Source: Cenococcum geophilum (taxonomy: Eukaryota). From it: a stretch of DNA of 64,000 nt. The stretch covers positions 32,426,001 through 32,490,000 of the forward strand of contig CP158635.1 of NCBI GenBank assembly GCA_050273025.1, written 5' to 3'. The translations under genes and the position numbers were made by a program. Each line of letters starts with the position of its first letter. Within the stretch, counting starts at the first letter, position 1. Shown here in pieces: positions 40,354-51,534 of this stretch. The notes beneath the pieces were generated by a model. That model ran no database searches and was not told the origin of the DNA. It worked only from the letters and a program-made list of their open reading frames with translations.

Positions 40354-42378
40354 CTAAATATCTCTGCGCACCAGCGTAACTGGTGGTGTATAAGTGTGTC
40401 GACCGAAAATAATATAATAGATAGTTGAAAACACAATCATTCCAGCATACATGACGATGGACCAGTTCATCGTGACCAGAGTAACGGGTGTGGCGGCTGG
40501 GAAAAAACTGAAGACATAGATGGGGGCTAGGAAGCAGAGGGCGAGCACGTTGACAAGGCCGCCGTAGCGACCGAGCGACCATCGACGGGGTGGGAGCGGC
40601 TGGCCGCGGATGCGCTTTAGCAGGACGCAGGAAATGATAATCATGTAGGATGTCAGCAGACTGGCAGTGGTGAGGGAGAGGATGGCGTTTAGGGCGGCGG
40701 TGGAGCCGATGTTGATGAGGGAGAGGCAGATTGTTACAAGAAGAGAAACAATGACGGCGTTGAGAGGGATGTTCCAACCGGGGGTGACCTGCATATGTCA
40801 GTAACGGACTAAATATGTGGGTGTGTGGACTGTTGGCTTACCCGAGCGACTGCAGAGGAGAACGGAACGCCGTTATCACGGGCAAATGACCACAGCTGGC
40901 GGGAGGCGGTAGCGATTTCAGAAATACAGCTCGAAGTGAGAGTAATAATAAGAATCGCTGTCATGACGTTTGTTCCAGAGTAGCTGCCGGTTACGTTGAA
41001 GAAGATCTGGATGAAGGGGTATCCGGTGGTAGAGGCGAGAATGCTGGCCTGGTCACCCATGGTGAAGCAGAGAGTGAGAACCATGATGAACCCAAGGATC
41101 GAGTTGAGCCCAACAGACCACATCATAGCTCGAGGCAAGGTCCTTCCGGCATCCTTAACTTCTTCGGCTATGAAACAGAATCAGCCTTCGTTTTCAGGTT
41201 GCTATCTAGGATGACTTACACATGTGCACCGCGCAGTCGAATCCCACCATTGAGATAATAGGACTGAGCAGCCCAATCATCACCGATACGCCAGTACTGC
41301 TCCATCCGCCATTGTTGGCAAACTCGGTAAAGACGGCCTTCGCATTGTTGCGTGGAGCAAGGACCCAGAGCGGGATAATAATGGCGAAAAGGCCCAAAAC
41401 GTGGAGAACCAAGACGAGGCCTTCAACCAAAGGCAGCTTCTTAGCCAGAAAAGTATTAAAAAGAATAGAGAAGGTGGAAATGGCAATAACAAGCATGGTG
41501 CCATGCCAGCGCTGAAAGCTGTAGGTCGCTTCATTCAGGACGAGAAGGCCTTGGATGATGGTACCGGCTAAGAAAGCAATAGAGACAATAGCACCTTGCC
41601 ACCCGGTAAAGCAGAGCCAGCCTATTTGAAAGCTGGTTAGATGAATTTGTTAAAATTATCGATCGCGTGATCTTACCAGTTAGAAAGCTCAGGTATTTCT
41701 GGCAGCTGCGTGGTGCGAACTCGGAAACCCAATGGTATTGGCCACCTAGATAAACATTTGGTAGTTAGCGTAGAGCTCAATGTTTTAAATCATGAATGAG
41801 ATATTTTAGAAAATGCAGCTGTGCATACCAGAAGTAGGTGCCCTAGAAGCCGATTAGTGACAAAGAATACTACACGCTCATTAACTCGATTACTCACATC
41901 GAGGCCATTTCCGCAACACTCATATAAACCATGAAGAAACCAATGACGACTGCAATATAACCCCATACCAAACCCGCAGTACCGCCATCGGTCAATACAA
42001 TACCAAGAGTACTGCATGTCGTACGTTAGCAAAGCTGCTGATATTCCATGAGATATGTTAGCTAACACTCACGTGATAATGACTTCCCAGGTACAGATAA
42101 GGGTACATCCAAAGCCCAAGATTGAGATGAAGCGGAAGTTGCGCTGTGACACGTCAGCAAGCAATACAACAAGCATTTGGATCGTCAGTAGAATATCTTA
42201 CGCGCAGCTCCTGGACTCTGCCCAAGGCGGACATGTCCTGTCGATCAGCGACAGTGCCCTGCCATTTTTTGGCAACCGGAGCATTCATTTCATAGCTATC
42301 TTCCTCATCATGAGCGAAGGCAGTCTCAATGGGACCCGACTTGTCGTCCATGGCGTTCTCAATTGAAGTGTTCGACAT
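40354..42378 (-). CDS. Amino acid/GABA/choline-type permease (APC superfamily), multi-exon
   Basis: Exons read QELR-RNFRFISILGFGCTLICTWE, GGQYHWVSEFAP, GFDCAVHM, SRQLWSFARDNGVPFS and MNWSIVMY, separated by GT-AG introns. Confidence 0.93.
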
Positions 42379-43022
42379 AGTTGAAGACGGAAGATGGAAG
42401 GAATGGAGGGCGCAATGAAGAAAAGGAAGAACAGCGCAGCAGGGGGGGAAATGTCAAATGGTGGGGGAGCCAATTGCCAAACTGCCACTGGGGTACCTGC
42501 CATGATCGATATAAGCCGACCAAGAGGTCGAAGGTATGCGGGCTGGACCCAAAAGCCCGGGGCACTCTGCAGTTCGACGTATCAGGGAGTGAATTGGATG
42601 CCTCTAGCGCACAGTAGTGTGTTCCTGGATGCATGAGAATAGCATATACGAAACCGCTATGACTTCGCTCAGTTGTCCAAGTGCTCTGCAATAGCGGTGG
42701 CCGTCTCCCGCGGCGGTGGGATTCCACTGGAAACGTTCGGTTCCTCTGGTATGGCAAAGCAGTTGCTGGCATAAGCGAATGCTGCGGCTGAAGCACATCT
42801 CAACTGGTGGTAGTGGCCTGCCCGCTTCTGGTTTGGTGCAAGAAAACCCTCGCCAGTCAAGCAGGGGCCCCCCACACCAATTGCAAAGTTGTGGCCCCGT
42901 GGCGGAAGCTTCCTCGTTCTTCGAGCCGTGAGCCGTCCATGGGAACAGGCCTAGCCCGAATGGTGTTCATAGCGTTTACCGCACGGCTGGCCCCTGGTTC
43001 TGTCATCAGTGGCGATGGGTAA

Positions 43023-43141
43023 CACGTACGGGGCAGACGCCCTCCCTGCTAGTATGTTAGCAGAATAATACAGCCCAACCATTTCGCAAGGGCTCGCTTA
43101 TTTTAAAAACATTCTAGCAGGGGGGCGTCTGCCCGTTCGTG
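43023..43141. repeat. ~119-bp imperfect fold-back (MITE-like) in the divergent promoter
   Basis: cacgtacggggcagacgccctccctgctagtatgtt pairs with aacattctagcaggggggcgtctgcccgttcgtg. Confidence 0.8.
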
Positions 43142-43436
43142 GTACCCCCTTGTAGCGTTATCTCAACATCGCGCTTCATGCTCCCCTATCAGAGTAAGGG
43201 TGCATGCTTCCTGCGTGCCAAACCGTCCACTCGCAAGGATCCAACCCACTCTCACCATAGCAAAAGCAAAGTATCTCCAGGACAATGGGCGTGCTTCACA
43301 CTGCTCTTGGGTAGCGATGGGTGCATCCCGTGTTATCCCTCAAAATGTCCTTTTATTTGTATTCATATAGGTATTCTTTTCCAGATCGGCGCCTCGTCTT
43401 TGAATTTCCTTGAGATTGTTTGTTGCGACTGTCGCT

Positions 43437-44839
43437 ATGTCGGCACCTACTGGGCTTCCTGCAGGTTACTCGCCTCCATCGTCAATTGTATCAGCAGATG
43501 ACCATTCTGCGTGGATCACAATTACGGCCGCGCTGGGTCTTTGTTGTATCATACTATGTCTGATCATGCGACTTTACGTGCGAACCCGGATCAATCCACC
43601 GTTTGGCTGGGACGACGGTTCTCTCGTTGCTGCTACGGTACTTCTCAGAGAACTTCCATTAGGCTTAGCTGCAGCGTTGACCTCGTTTAGACAAGTTCTG
43701 TTGTTCAATCTGCAGTTGTGTTCCTGCAAGTCTCCCAATCGTTCGGCAAGTCTCTCGATCTGATCAGCGCACAAGGCCTTATCAGTGTGCAAAAGGTGGT
43801 GTCTTTTAGGTCATTTTGTTTGTAAACCAAAATTCCTAATTTTTTTTAGACTGCCTACGTCAACGATATTCTGTTTTTGCTTAGCATGTGTCTTTCGAAG
43901 GCCTGCATAGCCTTGTTATTCATGCGATTATCACCCGGAAAAAATCATATTAGGGCCTCCAAGATCGCCCTGATATCGTCGATCGTGTGGGCCATAGTGT
44001 CGATTTTCATGGTGGCCTTGAAATGCAACTTGTCCCACCCTTGGGTGGAGTATAACCAGAAATGTACCAACCTGGTGAGTATTCTACACTCTACCAAATA
44101 AAAACATTTTGCTAATATGCTCGCAGTTTGTACGATGGCAACTCATCACTGCCTTCGATATAATAATCGAAGTGTTGTTGTTCTCGATGTCTATATACCT
44201 GGTCAAAGACCTCCAGATGTCGCGAAAGAACAAATCGGCAGTTATTACGGCATTTGGATTCCGTTTACCGTAAGTATCTATGGAATGCTCCCATATTCTC
44301 TAATCACCCTTCTAACTGGACAAACCAGAGTCATAGCCTTCGCAGTTCTTCGACTCCGTTACATTGGCATCCGCATCAATTCGCCCAACCCCACACTTGA
44401 AGGTACCATCGCCCTCATCTGGACCCAAGTTGAGCTAGACTACAGCGTCATGGCATGTACAATACCCTGCCTTAAGCCTTTCATGATTGCTGTCAGTACG
44501 AACTATGGCTCCATTGCTCCTACCAAATCCACAATCAATGGAAGCAATGGACTATCTGGGGACCGCTCCAAAGGCAGTTTTGCCCTCACGTCTGTTAGTC
44601 GCTCAAAGACCAAAAGTCCAATGTCTACAGACCTAGGAGAGTCAAGGCTCCGAATGGACAAGGTGTTTAATTCGACTAGCGTAACATACAACGGGCAACC
44701 TGATCAACACAGCGTCGGGAGCAGTGACAGCACCAGAATGATCATCAAGAAGGAGACGGAATGGTCAATTGAGAGGGAAGTCGCTAAGACGCCCCGCGTG
44801 GGGGCGCCAGACGTTGAGGTAGTAGCGGTTCATGGTTGA
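43437..44839 (+). CDS. PTH11-like (fungal rhodopsin-domain, non-CFEM) integral membrane protein, about 5 exons
   Basis: Motifs RLYVR...FGWDD, LSKACIALLFMRL, DIIIEVLLF, LQMSRKNK..VITAFGFRL and WTQVELDYSVMACTIPCLKPF. Introns at about 43638-43690, 43796-43849, 44075-44126 and 44270-44328. Confidence 0.9.
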
Positions 44840-45922
44840 TTGCACCTCGTTGTATCATAGTAAATGTATGGCTTCGCGCTGGGGTTCTGACAGTTCAGAG
44901 CGGCGTTCAAGGGAAATGATTGTGTTATCGGAGGGTCAGACATGAATTGTAAAATTATTTAGCACTTAGAACTAGACAATCGAGACTCTAGAACGTGGCC
45001 GTTTTGCGTGTCTCATTGGATATTCCCGTACATTGCGTAATGTGCGTAATGCCCCAGTTGCAGAACGAATTCCTGACCCTCGGCTCTTAGTGGAGGACTA
45101 TTACGGTTTGGTCTGCAAAGCAAAGAAAACGAGCCACTCAATTCATTGGAGTCCGTGTTCGCACCAACCCTTCGTCTCTGTTAGTTTATGGTGTTCTTCT
45201 GGAAATTACTTCTGCTAACCCGGCAATATCGATCCGTGGGGTCTGAACCCCTGGACAAAATTCCCGAATGCGTTAGTCTCAGTGGGATTTTGTAACGCCA
45301 AGAACCTTAGACTCTTCTTACAGGCAAGCACGACGCACTATGACGACAACAAAAGCAACCGTCCAAGCAACCGTCCAGAGTTCCTGGCGAATGGCTCACA
45401 TATGTCCCGTTGTCCCGGAAGCTACTCGTTATCCGTGATACGGCTGCTGAAACTAACTGGCTGACCCAATCATGCCAGCTTTGACGCATTTATTGCGTAA
45501 GCCATTCCAGGACCCTGAACTTAAAAGAAAATCCCCTCCCGTCTGTTTTCCGTTCAGGTTCCCGAGGCGAGACGGGTTAAATAGTGGCGTCCCGTATGCG
45601 AACCTGCGAACCATCTCTATTGGCCAATCAGACTGCACAGGGTTTCAGCTATCAATTTATGCAGCGACGATCGTTGAACTCCAGCGCTTCTGCAGTGAGC
45701 TCCGGAAATTGCAATGGCTTTCCAGAATTGACGGTTACAGATACCCCGCCTTCGGCCGCTCTGGGGCCCCCGGCCTTGTCTTTGCAGCGGCGAATAATTG
45801 TTCCATTTCAAAAATCATGCATGGCTGAGAGAAGGAAATCCTTGCTGCATCACTAACGTTTTATCGGTAGCGGTGAAATATAGCCATCATGTCAATTGAT
45901 TGTGGTTCTCCGTATTTCCAGA

Positions 45923-47635
45923 ATGGCTGTTTCAGTTCTTGTTGTCTGCGCAGCAGTATCATTACTGTCCCTGACAATCTACCACTATGTCGTTGTCCCT
46001 GCATTCCTTTCTCCTCTCTCAAAAATTCCTAATGCCCATTTTACGTCTTCATGGTTACCGACATGGATCTGGTGGAAACGTCGGATTAGCCGCGAGGTCC
46101 GTTCCATCTATGCCGCCCATCAGGAACATGGCCCTATAGTGCGGCTTGCTCCCAATGAGCTCAGTGTCTGTTCGCTCGAGGGTCTACGCCAGATATACAC
46201 AGCCGGCTTTGAGAGGACCCCGTGGTACACAGGGTTCATGAACTTCAATGTTCCTAACATGGTCAGTATGCTAGAACACAAACCGCATTCAATTCAGAAG
46301 CGTATGGTCTCAAATGTGTACTCGAAATCATTCCTGCAAAATTCCCCTGATTTGCAGGTAGCATGCGGAGTGATTCTCTCTGAGAAACTTCTTCCCGTCC
46401 TTTTTTCTGCTGCCCAGAGAGATGAATCGATAAATGTGCTCCCGCTGGCCCAAGGAGCGGGCATGGACTTCATGTCCTCGTACCTCTTTGGCATTACAAA
46501 CGCAACCGACTTCATTCGTGACATTCCAGCCCGGCAGAAGTATTTCGACACCTACCACACCAAGGCTCACAAGCTCCCTGGCTTTCAGCAAGCAACTGCG
46601 GAATTGGAATCGTACTGTCTTTCTCGTTGTGTAGCTGCAGAGAAACTGACCCAAAATCTCTCCAACACTTCAGCTACCACACCACGCACTAGCCCTGTTG
46701 TTTACGCTAAAATGCACTCGATGCTGTCCAGCAGCAAATTTCCTGAAATGCCCAGAACCCCCGAAGCAAAGCGCCTCCACGTCGCCTCCGAAATGCTGGA
46801 CCACCTGCTCGGGGGCCACGAAACCTCCGCCATCACCGTCACCTACATTCTGTGGGAGCTATCGCGTCGACCAGCGCTGCAATCTGCTCTACGGGCTGAA
46901 GTGCTCACACTCTCGCCGCCCCTGACGTTCCCATTACAACAAACCTCAGGCGGAGAACCGCACACTCCGCTCCTGCCCCGGCCTCAGGACATCGATAACC
47001 TGCCGCTACTGAACGCCATCATATACGAGGTGCTTCGACTATACCCGGCAGTACCGTCGCTCCAGCCGCGGGTCACGCCACCGGGCGGCGTCACAATTGA
47101 GGGCTATCCGAACATTCCCGGGGGAGTCAAGGTCGGCGCATCGGCGTACTGCATGCATCGGAACGAGGAGGCATTTCCGGAGGCAGAGAAATTCAAGCCG
47201 GAGAGGTGGATGCAGGGCGAGAACGGCTATGGAGGGACTGAAGCGATGAGGCGTTGGTTTTGGACATTTGGGAGTGGAGGTAAGATGTGTGTTGGCAACA
47301 ATTTTGCTTTGCAAGGTATGCACCTTTTCTCTCCTGCCCCCAAACTTGCCTCGATACTCTTAAAATCGCAGAGTGACACGCTTGGATTGCTACACATTTC
47401 TTCCTCCTACTCCTACTCCTACCTCAACGGGGGGTTCGTAGTGACCACGGCTGACCGCAAACTAGTGTTAAAACTCATAACGGCATCCATCTACGCGAAT
47501 TTTACGACCACCATTATCGACGACGAGGGCATTGAGCAAGCAGATTCTTATATTGCTGGGCCTGTGAGTGGAAAGCTGGTCTTGAAGTTTCACGAAATCA
47601 TGCCTCAGGTACGTCCTGCTTTGAAGACTCAATAA
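45923..47635 (+). CDS. Cytochrome P450 monooxygenase (~520 aa after removing intron 47316-47465)
   Basis: N-terminal membrane anchor, PLSKIP, HGPIVRLAPNELS, GGHETS, EVLR, PERW and heme motif FGSGGKMCVG; gtatgc...ctgac...tag intron. Confidence 0.95.
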   Translation: MAVSVLVVCAAVSLLSLTIYHYVVVPAFLSPLSKIPNAHFTSSWLPTWIWWKRRISREVRSIYAAHQEHGPIVRLAPNELSVCSLEGLRQIYTAGFERTPWYTGFMNFNVPNMVSMLEHKPHSIQKRMVSNVYSKSFLQNSPDLQVACGVILSEKLLPVLFSAAQRDESINVLPLAQGAGMDFMSSYLFGITNATDFIRDIPARQKYFDTYHTKAHKLPGFQQATAELESYCLSRCVAAEKLTQNLSNTSATTPRTSPVVYAKMHSMLSSSKFPEMPRTPEAKRLHVASEMLDHLLGGHETSAITVTYILWELSRRPALQSALRAEVLTLSPPLTFPLQQTSGGEPHTPLLPRPQDIDNLPLLNAIIYEVLRLYPAVPSLQPRVTPPGGVTIEGYPNIPGGVKVGASAYCMHRNEEAFPEAEKFKPERWMQGENGYGGTEAMRRWFWTFGSGGKMCVGNNFALQGMHLFSPAPKLASILLKSQSDTLGLLHISSSYSYSYLNGGFVVTTADRKLVLKLITASIYANFTTTIIDDEGIEQADSYIAGPVSGKLVLKFHEIMPQVRPALKTQ

Positions 47636-48164
47636 CATGAATATCTGATAGTGGAGATTCCTGTGTCTTGATTCACGCTCATGGTAGTGTTAGGTATCGC
47701 ACTCTGCTATGGAGAAGACTGTTTGAGAAGTGCAGCCGGGCTCGAAACCCTACCGCGGAATGGGACTTTCCTTTTAACAGGCTGGATAATAATTCTCGTC
47801 TCGGCGTCGTTCACCTTCTAAAGATATTATTCGTCGCGCGTAATCCCTGTATATGTGTCACGAAGAGAAAGATGCATAGGTAGAAACTCCACGACATTTC
47901 TGTTACATTATGGCCTAATGAATCATATAATGAAAGGTACTCTTACTTGTCACACCTTTAGCCTTGAGGCAGCTAATTTGAGAGCAGTTGGGGAATAAGG
48001 GGAGGCGAAGAAACTGCGCCAAAGCCGAGAAGAGGGGCCGCTGATCCATAAAATCACGTTTTCCAGCTACCCTGTTTCCCAATCCCCAAATTCGACTGTG
48101 TGCTGTCAGTTAAAAATGAATAAGCGCATCGTGAGCCTCTCACCCTCACCCTTCCTATGCCATC

Positions 48165-49040
48165 TTAAAGGTTCTGGGCTGTGGCTATGGTCGTGGCCCA
48201 TGTTTCTAGTTCGGCCGCGCTCAATGAGACGTTCCGCTCTGGGGCTATTGGAGGGCGTCGCATGATCCCGGCGAAAGGCAATACAAATGGCGCACCAGTG
48301 ATGGTCGGGGGTGTTGACCTAAGGTCAATCGTCGCAGATGCCGTACACATTGCGAGACTTCGGGCTCCGGGTGGCGTAGACCTTGTTACTCTACCAGGGG
48401 CGGCGACAAGCTCGTATTTTTCAAGGTGGAAGGTACGTTCAGGTCTTTTGAATGAAACCAGAACTACTAAAGTAGTATCATTCGGGGGCAACTGGGCAGA
48501 GAGCCACCACTGCGCGTCAACATGCAGATGCGCCAAAGACTCTGACCAACCAGCCTCAATGACTATGGCGGGCCGTGGCTGGGGACCGACAGGTGCTAAT
48601 GCGCTATCCGCTTCTTTGAATGAATTATTTGAGCGGTGTTGGTACCGGGCTGATCCCAAGTCGACGAAATGTTCATTACCCCGAAGGCCCATGAGCGCCA
48701 TATCTCTTTGTATGATGATCAATAGGCCCCTGTGCATCATTTCATGCACTGGGCCCACCATTTTCACAATTAATTTACTATCATCGAGTTGCAAACGAAT
48801 TGGGTAACGGAGTTGGTCGATGTATTTCAGTTTTGAACAGTCGAAGCCTCGAAAAACGATCCACAGCTGCGTGTCATCACCACCGTCATGAGCTCGTAGA
48901 CGGTCTGTAACGGCCTTTTTGAAATTGGCAATGCTGAATGGTAGTACTTCGTTTTGCTCGAGTCCTGTTGCGGGTGGAATTTTAAGAGTGCCGAGCTTGA
49001 ACACTGGTGGTTCAGTAGTTGATGAAGCTGGAGGAGTCAT
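48165..49040 (-). CDS. Uma2-like PD-(D/E)XK restriction-endonuclease-fold protein
   Basis: Intact 291-aa ORF with VGPVHE, KEADSALAP and PAIVIEAGWSES..L..DAQWWL, the motif order of fungal Uma2-like proteins. Confidence 0.75.
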   Translation of the reverse strand: MTPPASSTTEPPVFKLGTLKIPPATGLEQNEVLPFSIANFKKAVTDRLRAHDGGDDTQLWIVFRGFDCSKLKYIDQLRYPIRLQLDDSKLIVKMVGPVHEMMHRGLLIIIQRDMALMGLRGNEHFVDLGSARYQHRSNNSFKEADSALAPVGPQPRPAIVIEAGWSESLAHLHVDAQWWLSAQLPPNDTTLVVLVSFKRPERTFHLEKYELVAAPGRVTRSTPPGARSLAMCTASATIDLRSTPPTITGAPFVLPFAGIMRRPPIAPERNVSLSAAELETWATTIATAQNL

Positions 49041-49109
49041 GATGAGCTAGAATTTCCAGAAGGCGGTATCTGGTGTTTAGGAAGGAGTGCGAAAGCTCGG
49101 CTAGCGTTA

Positions 49110-49345
49110 AAATATTCTCGCTTGCAGAACCTGGCGATTATGTAAGTAAGAATGCCTCGCATATGCAAAGCGGGTACCTGCATGTCATTAACAGCCTCAA
49201 TAATCTTGCTCTGTGCAGTACGCTTGAGCTCGTCGTCGCGTTTGATGCAGTTCGGCAGGCGTGGTATCTGACCTGCTACATACCACCTCACATCCTCTTC
49301 GCTGGCTCGCACCTCTAGCGTAGGGATCGAGCAAACATTTTGCAT
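49110..49345 (-). pseudogene. Fragment of a NACHT-type NLR gene (post-NACHT helical region)
   Basis: LEVRASEEDVRWYVAGQIPRLPNCIKRDDELK...IIEAVNDM resembles the segment before the GMFLLA motif of fungal NACHT-ankyrin proteins. No flanking domains are present. Confidence 0.7.
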
Positions 49346-49505
49346 TATTTCGGGGAGGTAAACGTCAGGCGCATGTCTCTTCTCACCGGCTCCTGAACAT
49401 TCCGACCAATACTTTCCACCACACCAATCTACACAAAACTCTAACTAAACTCACGAACCTAGCTCAGCTCATCCCAAATTAGCCACAACGAAACTCACTC
49501 CAGCC

Positions 49506-49833
49506 ATGGACCTGCTACCTGTCTTCATCGTACTCGCAGCCGTGGCCATCGCTAGCCCGACGAAAGGGCCACAACCTTACGATGATCCTTGCGATAACTG
49601 CGACAGGGCCATAGCCTAGAGGCTGCATGCGCAGTATTGTACGTAGCATATACAACGGATATTAAAAAAAAAACTGCGGCAGGGGCTTCCGCTTATGTCT
49701 TGGTGTATGCCTTCTCTATCACGCTACACTGTCTAGCTAGGATGAGCGCTCTGGCATGATTTACGTAAGAAATGTACTACTGGAGTTGTTGAAGCTAGAT
49801 GCCTTCGCGAGTGCAGGGTGGACATGCGGTTGA
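49506..49833 (+). pseudogene. Probable small secreted cysteine-rich protein gene, likely disrupted; exon structure uncertain
   Basis: gccATGg start, signal-like MDLLPVFIVLAAVAIA-SP, then CDNCD. TAG at ~49617. Downstream GCMR and CLRECR lie in other frames, between gtacgt/gtatgc/gtaaga donor-like sites. Confidence 0.5.
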
Positions 49834-50394
49834 GGCCGATTGCAACTTTGCGCTCCGGATTTTTTAGGATTGAGCGGGTTTAGATGAGAGAGTTTTAGGG
49901 TTAGTTGAGTTTGACTTATGATGGCAGTGCCAGGAGGAATGCGGCTTCATTAATATCGATTGTTGCACCGAATGTTGAAGTATCAACAAGTTAGACCTGC
50001 TTCCTGATGAGTCTCTTGTGTGGAGTGCCTGGATCCGGTACTGGGTTAGTGAATTAAGAGGACGAAGGCACCGAGGCAGGTCATACGGCCGCTATGGTAT
50101 TCGAGGAATGGGCTGAGATGTTCGGAAGCATCTGTGTTCTTACTGAGAGCTTTCTCTTCTCAAAAATAGTATGGATAATTCTATGACTCTAGTACATTTT
50201 AGAGTAAATATTGGGGGTTTACGCCATACACGCCCGAAAGTTGTCTTCCAATTCTAGCGTTTCTCAACCCTCTTTTTCCAACCCTCTTCATATCGAAAAC
50301 ATACCTCTATATCGCCATTCTCCTTGAGAACCCTATTATCATTCCCAGCCCACCCCCTCCCAAAAACTCCTCCCCCTCCATCTCCACCTCCACC

Positions 50395-51114
50395 TCACCA
50401 CCCAATATCCTTTCCCCACCGATCTACAAACCGCCCCGAATCTTCCCTCCCCAATCTCCCAACCAACGCCACCATCTCCCTCACGCTCTCGTCCGCCCCA
50501 ATCGCCCCTTCCTCCTTCCACTCCACCAAGCCCGTCTCCACCCTCCCCGGGTGGACAAGCACAAACATGACCTCGGGCACATCGATGCTGAGGCTCTTGA
50601 CCACGGCATTCAGCGCCGCCTTCGACGCACGGTACGCGTAGCCGCCGCCTGTGGAATTGTACGACACCGAGCCCATGCGCGACGACATGACGACAGCTCT
50701 AGGCGCGGCGGCGAGACGCAGGTTCGGCAGGAGCATCCGAATAAGCACGAACGCCCCAAGCGTATTGATCTCGAATGCAGCCCTCATTGTCTCCCGGTCC
50801 GTGACCTCGATCGTCTCCGCGCGCGCCGCGTCCCCGGGATGGCTCTGTGCGAGCTCGGGCACCAGCCCGCGCACGCCGGCACTGTGGATGAGGAGGTCGA
50901 TTGGCACGTCTTTGAGTTTCCGGGACAGGGATGCGAGGGAGGGCTCGGAGGTGATGTCGAGGGTGTGCGTGGTTAGGCGCGCCGCGCAGGTGGGGAGAGG
51001 TTGGATCGGGGAGCGATCTAGTGCAAGGAGGGAGTTGGAGGGGTCGGCGGCGTAGTGGGCGAGGAAGGCAGCGCCGAGACCGGATGCCGCACCTGTTATC
51101 AGGATTGTGGGCAT
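50395..51114 (-). CDS. Short-chain dehydrogenase/reductase, CsgA (C-factor)-like
   Basis: TGAASGLG, DLLIHSAG, SSRMGS, YRASK, HPGRVET and DSGRFVDRWG; intact and intronless, 239 aa. Confidence 0.93.
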   Translation of the reverse strand: MPTILITGAASGLGAAFLAHYAADPSNSLLALDRSPIQPLPTCAARLTTHTLDITSEPSLASLSRKLKDVPIDLLIHSAGVRGLVPELAQSHPGDAARAETIEVTDRETMRAAFEINTLGAFVLIRMLLPNLRLAAAPRAVVMSSRMGSVSYNSTGGGYAYRASKAALNAVVKSLSIDVPEVMFVLVHPGRVETGLVEWKEEGAIGADESVREMVALVGRLGREDSGRFVDRWGKDIGW

Positions 51115-51534
51115 TGGGATAAGTACTCTCTTTCTCTATCTCGAGGGTTAATTGAGGAGGAGTGAGTGATCAGCAGCATGGCAGCTGGGAGAGGAGCTAC
51201 GAAGGAATTTGACGTCCCATTCTAGTTATAGCCCTGGACTACTGGAGCGAAAATAAGGGAGAGAAGGGGGGCGTAAAGATTCCCATCTCGGGCATGCAAG
51301 ATAAGCTTTGCGTTAAGGTTGCAGTAGCGCCAAGCCACGTTCCCTGGGACAGCGCTCCCCTCGAATCGTCAAGTCACCCACTTTATCAAATATCGTCCAA
51401 CTTTGTTAATTTAACGTAACGTGTCCCGCCTCATTGTCGCCAAATGGCCAAAAAGACAGCAGCACTCGCGAATCTATCGCGACTGTGGCGGGACCTAATA
51501 TATATACTCTTACAATAATAATATTATATATTAA

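Noticed and set aside
48181..48807. 208-aa plus-strand ORF, and similar shadow ORFs over the permease, P450 and SDR
   Set aside because: These are antisense or alternate frames of recognisable genes with no motifs of their own.
49890..49905. ttttagggttag telomere-like motif
   Set aside because: Fewer than two full units; expected by chance.
50395..51114. Horizontal transfer of the GC-rich, intronless CsgA-like SDR
   Set aside because: Such SDRs are common in fungi; composition alone is not evidence and no phylogeny was possible.
35826..51534. Gene island as Starship cargo or secondary-metabolite cluster
   Set aside because: No DUF3435 tyrosine recombinase, no recognisable boundary repeats and no backbone synthase in the window.
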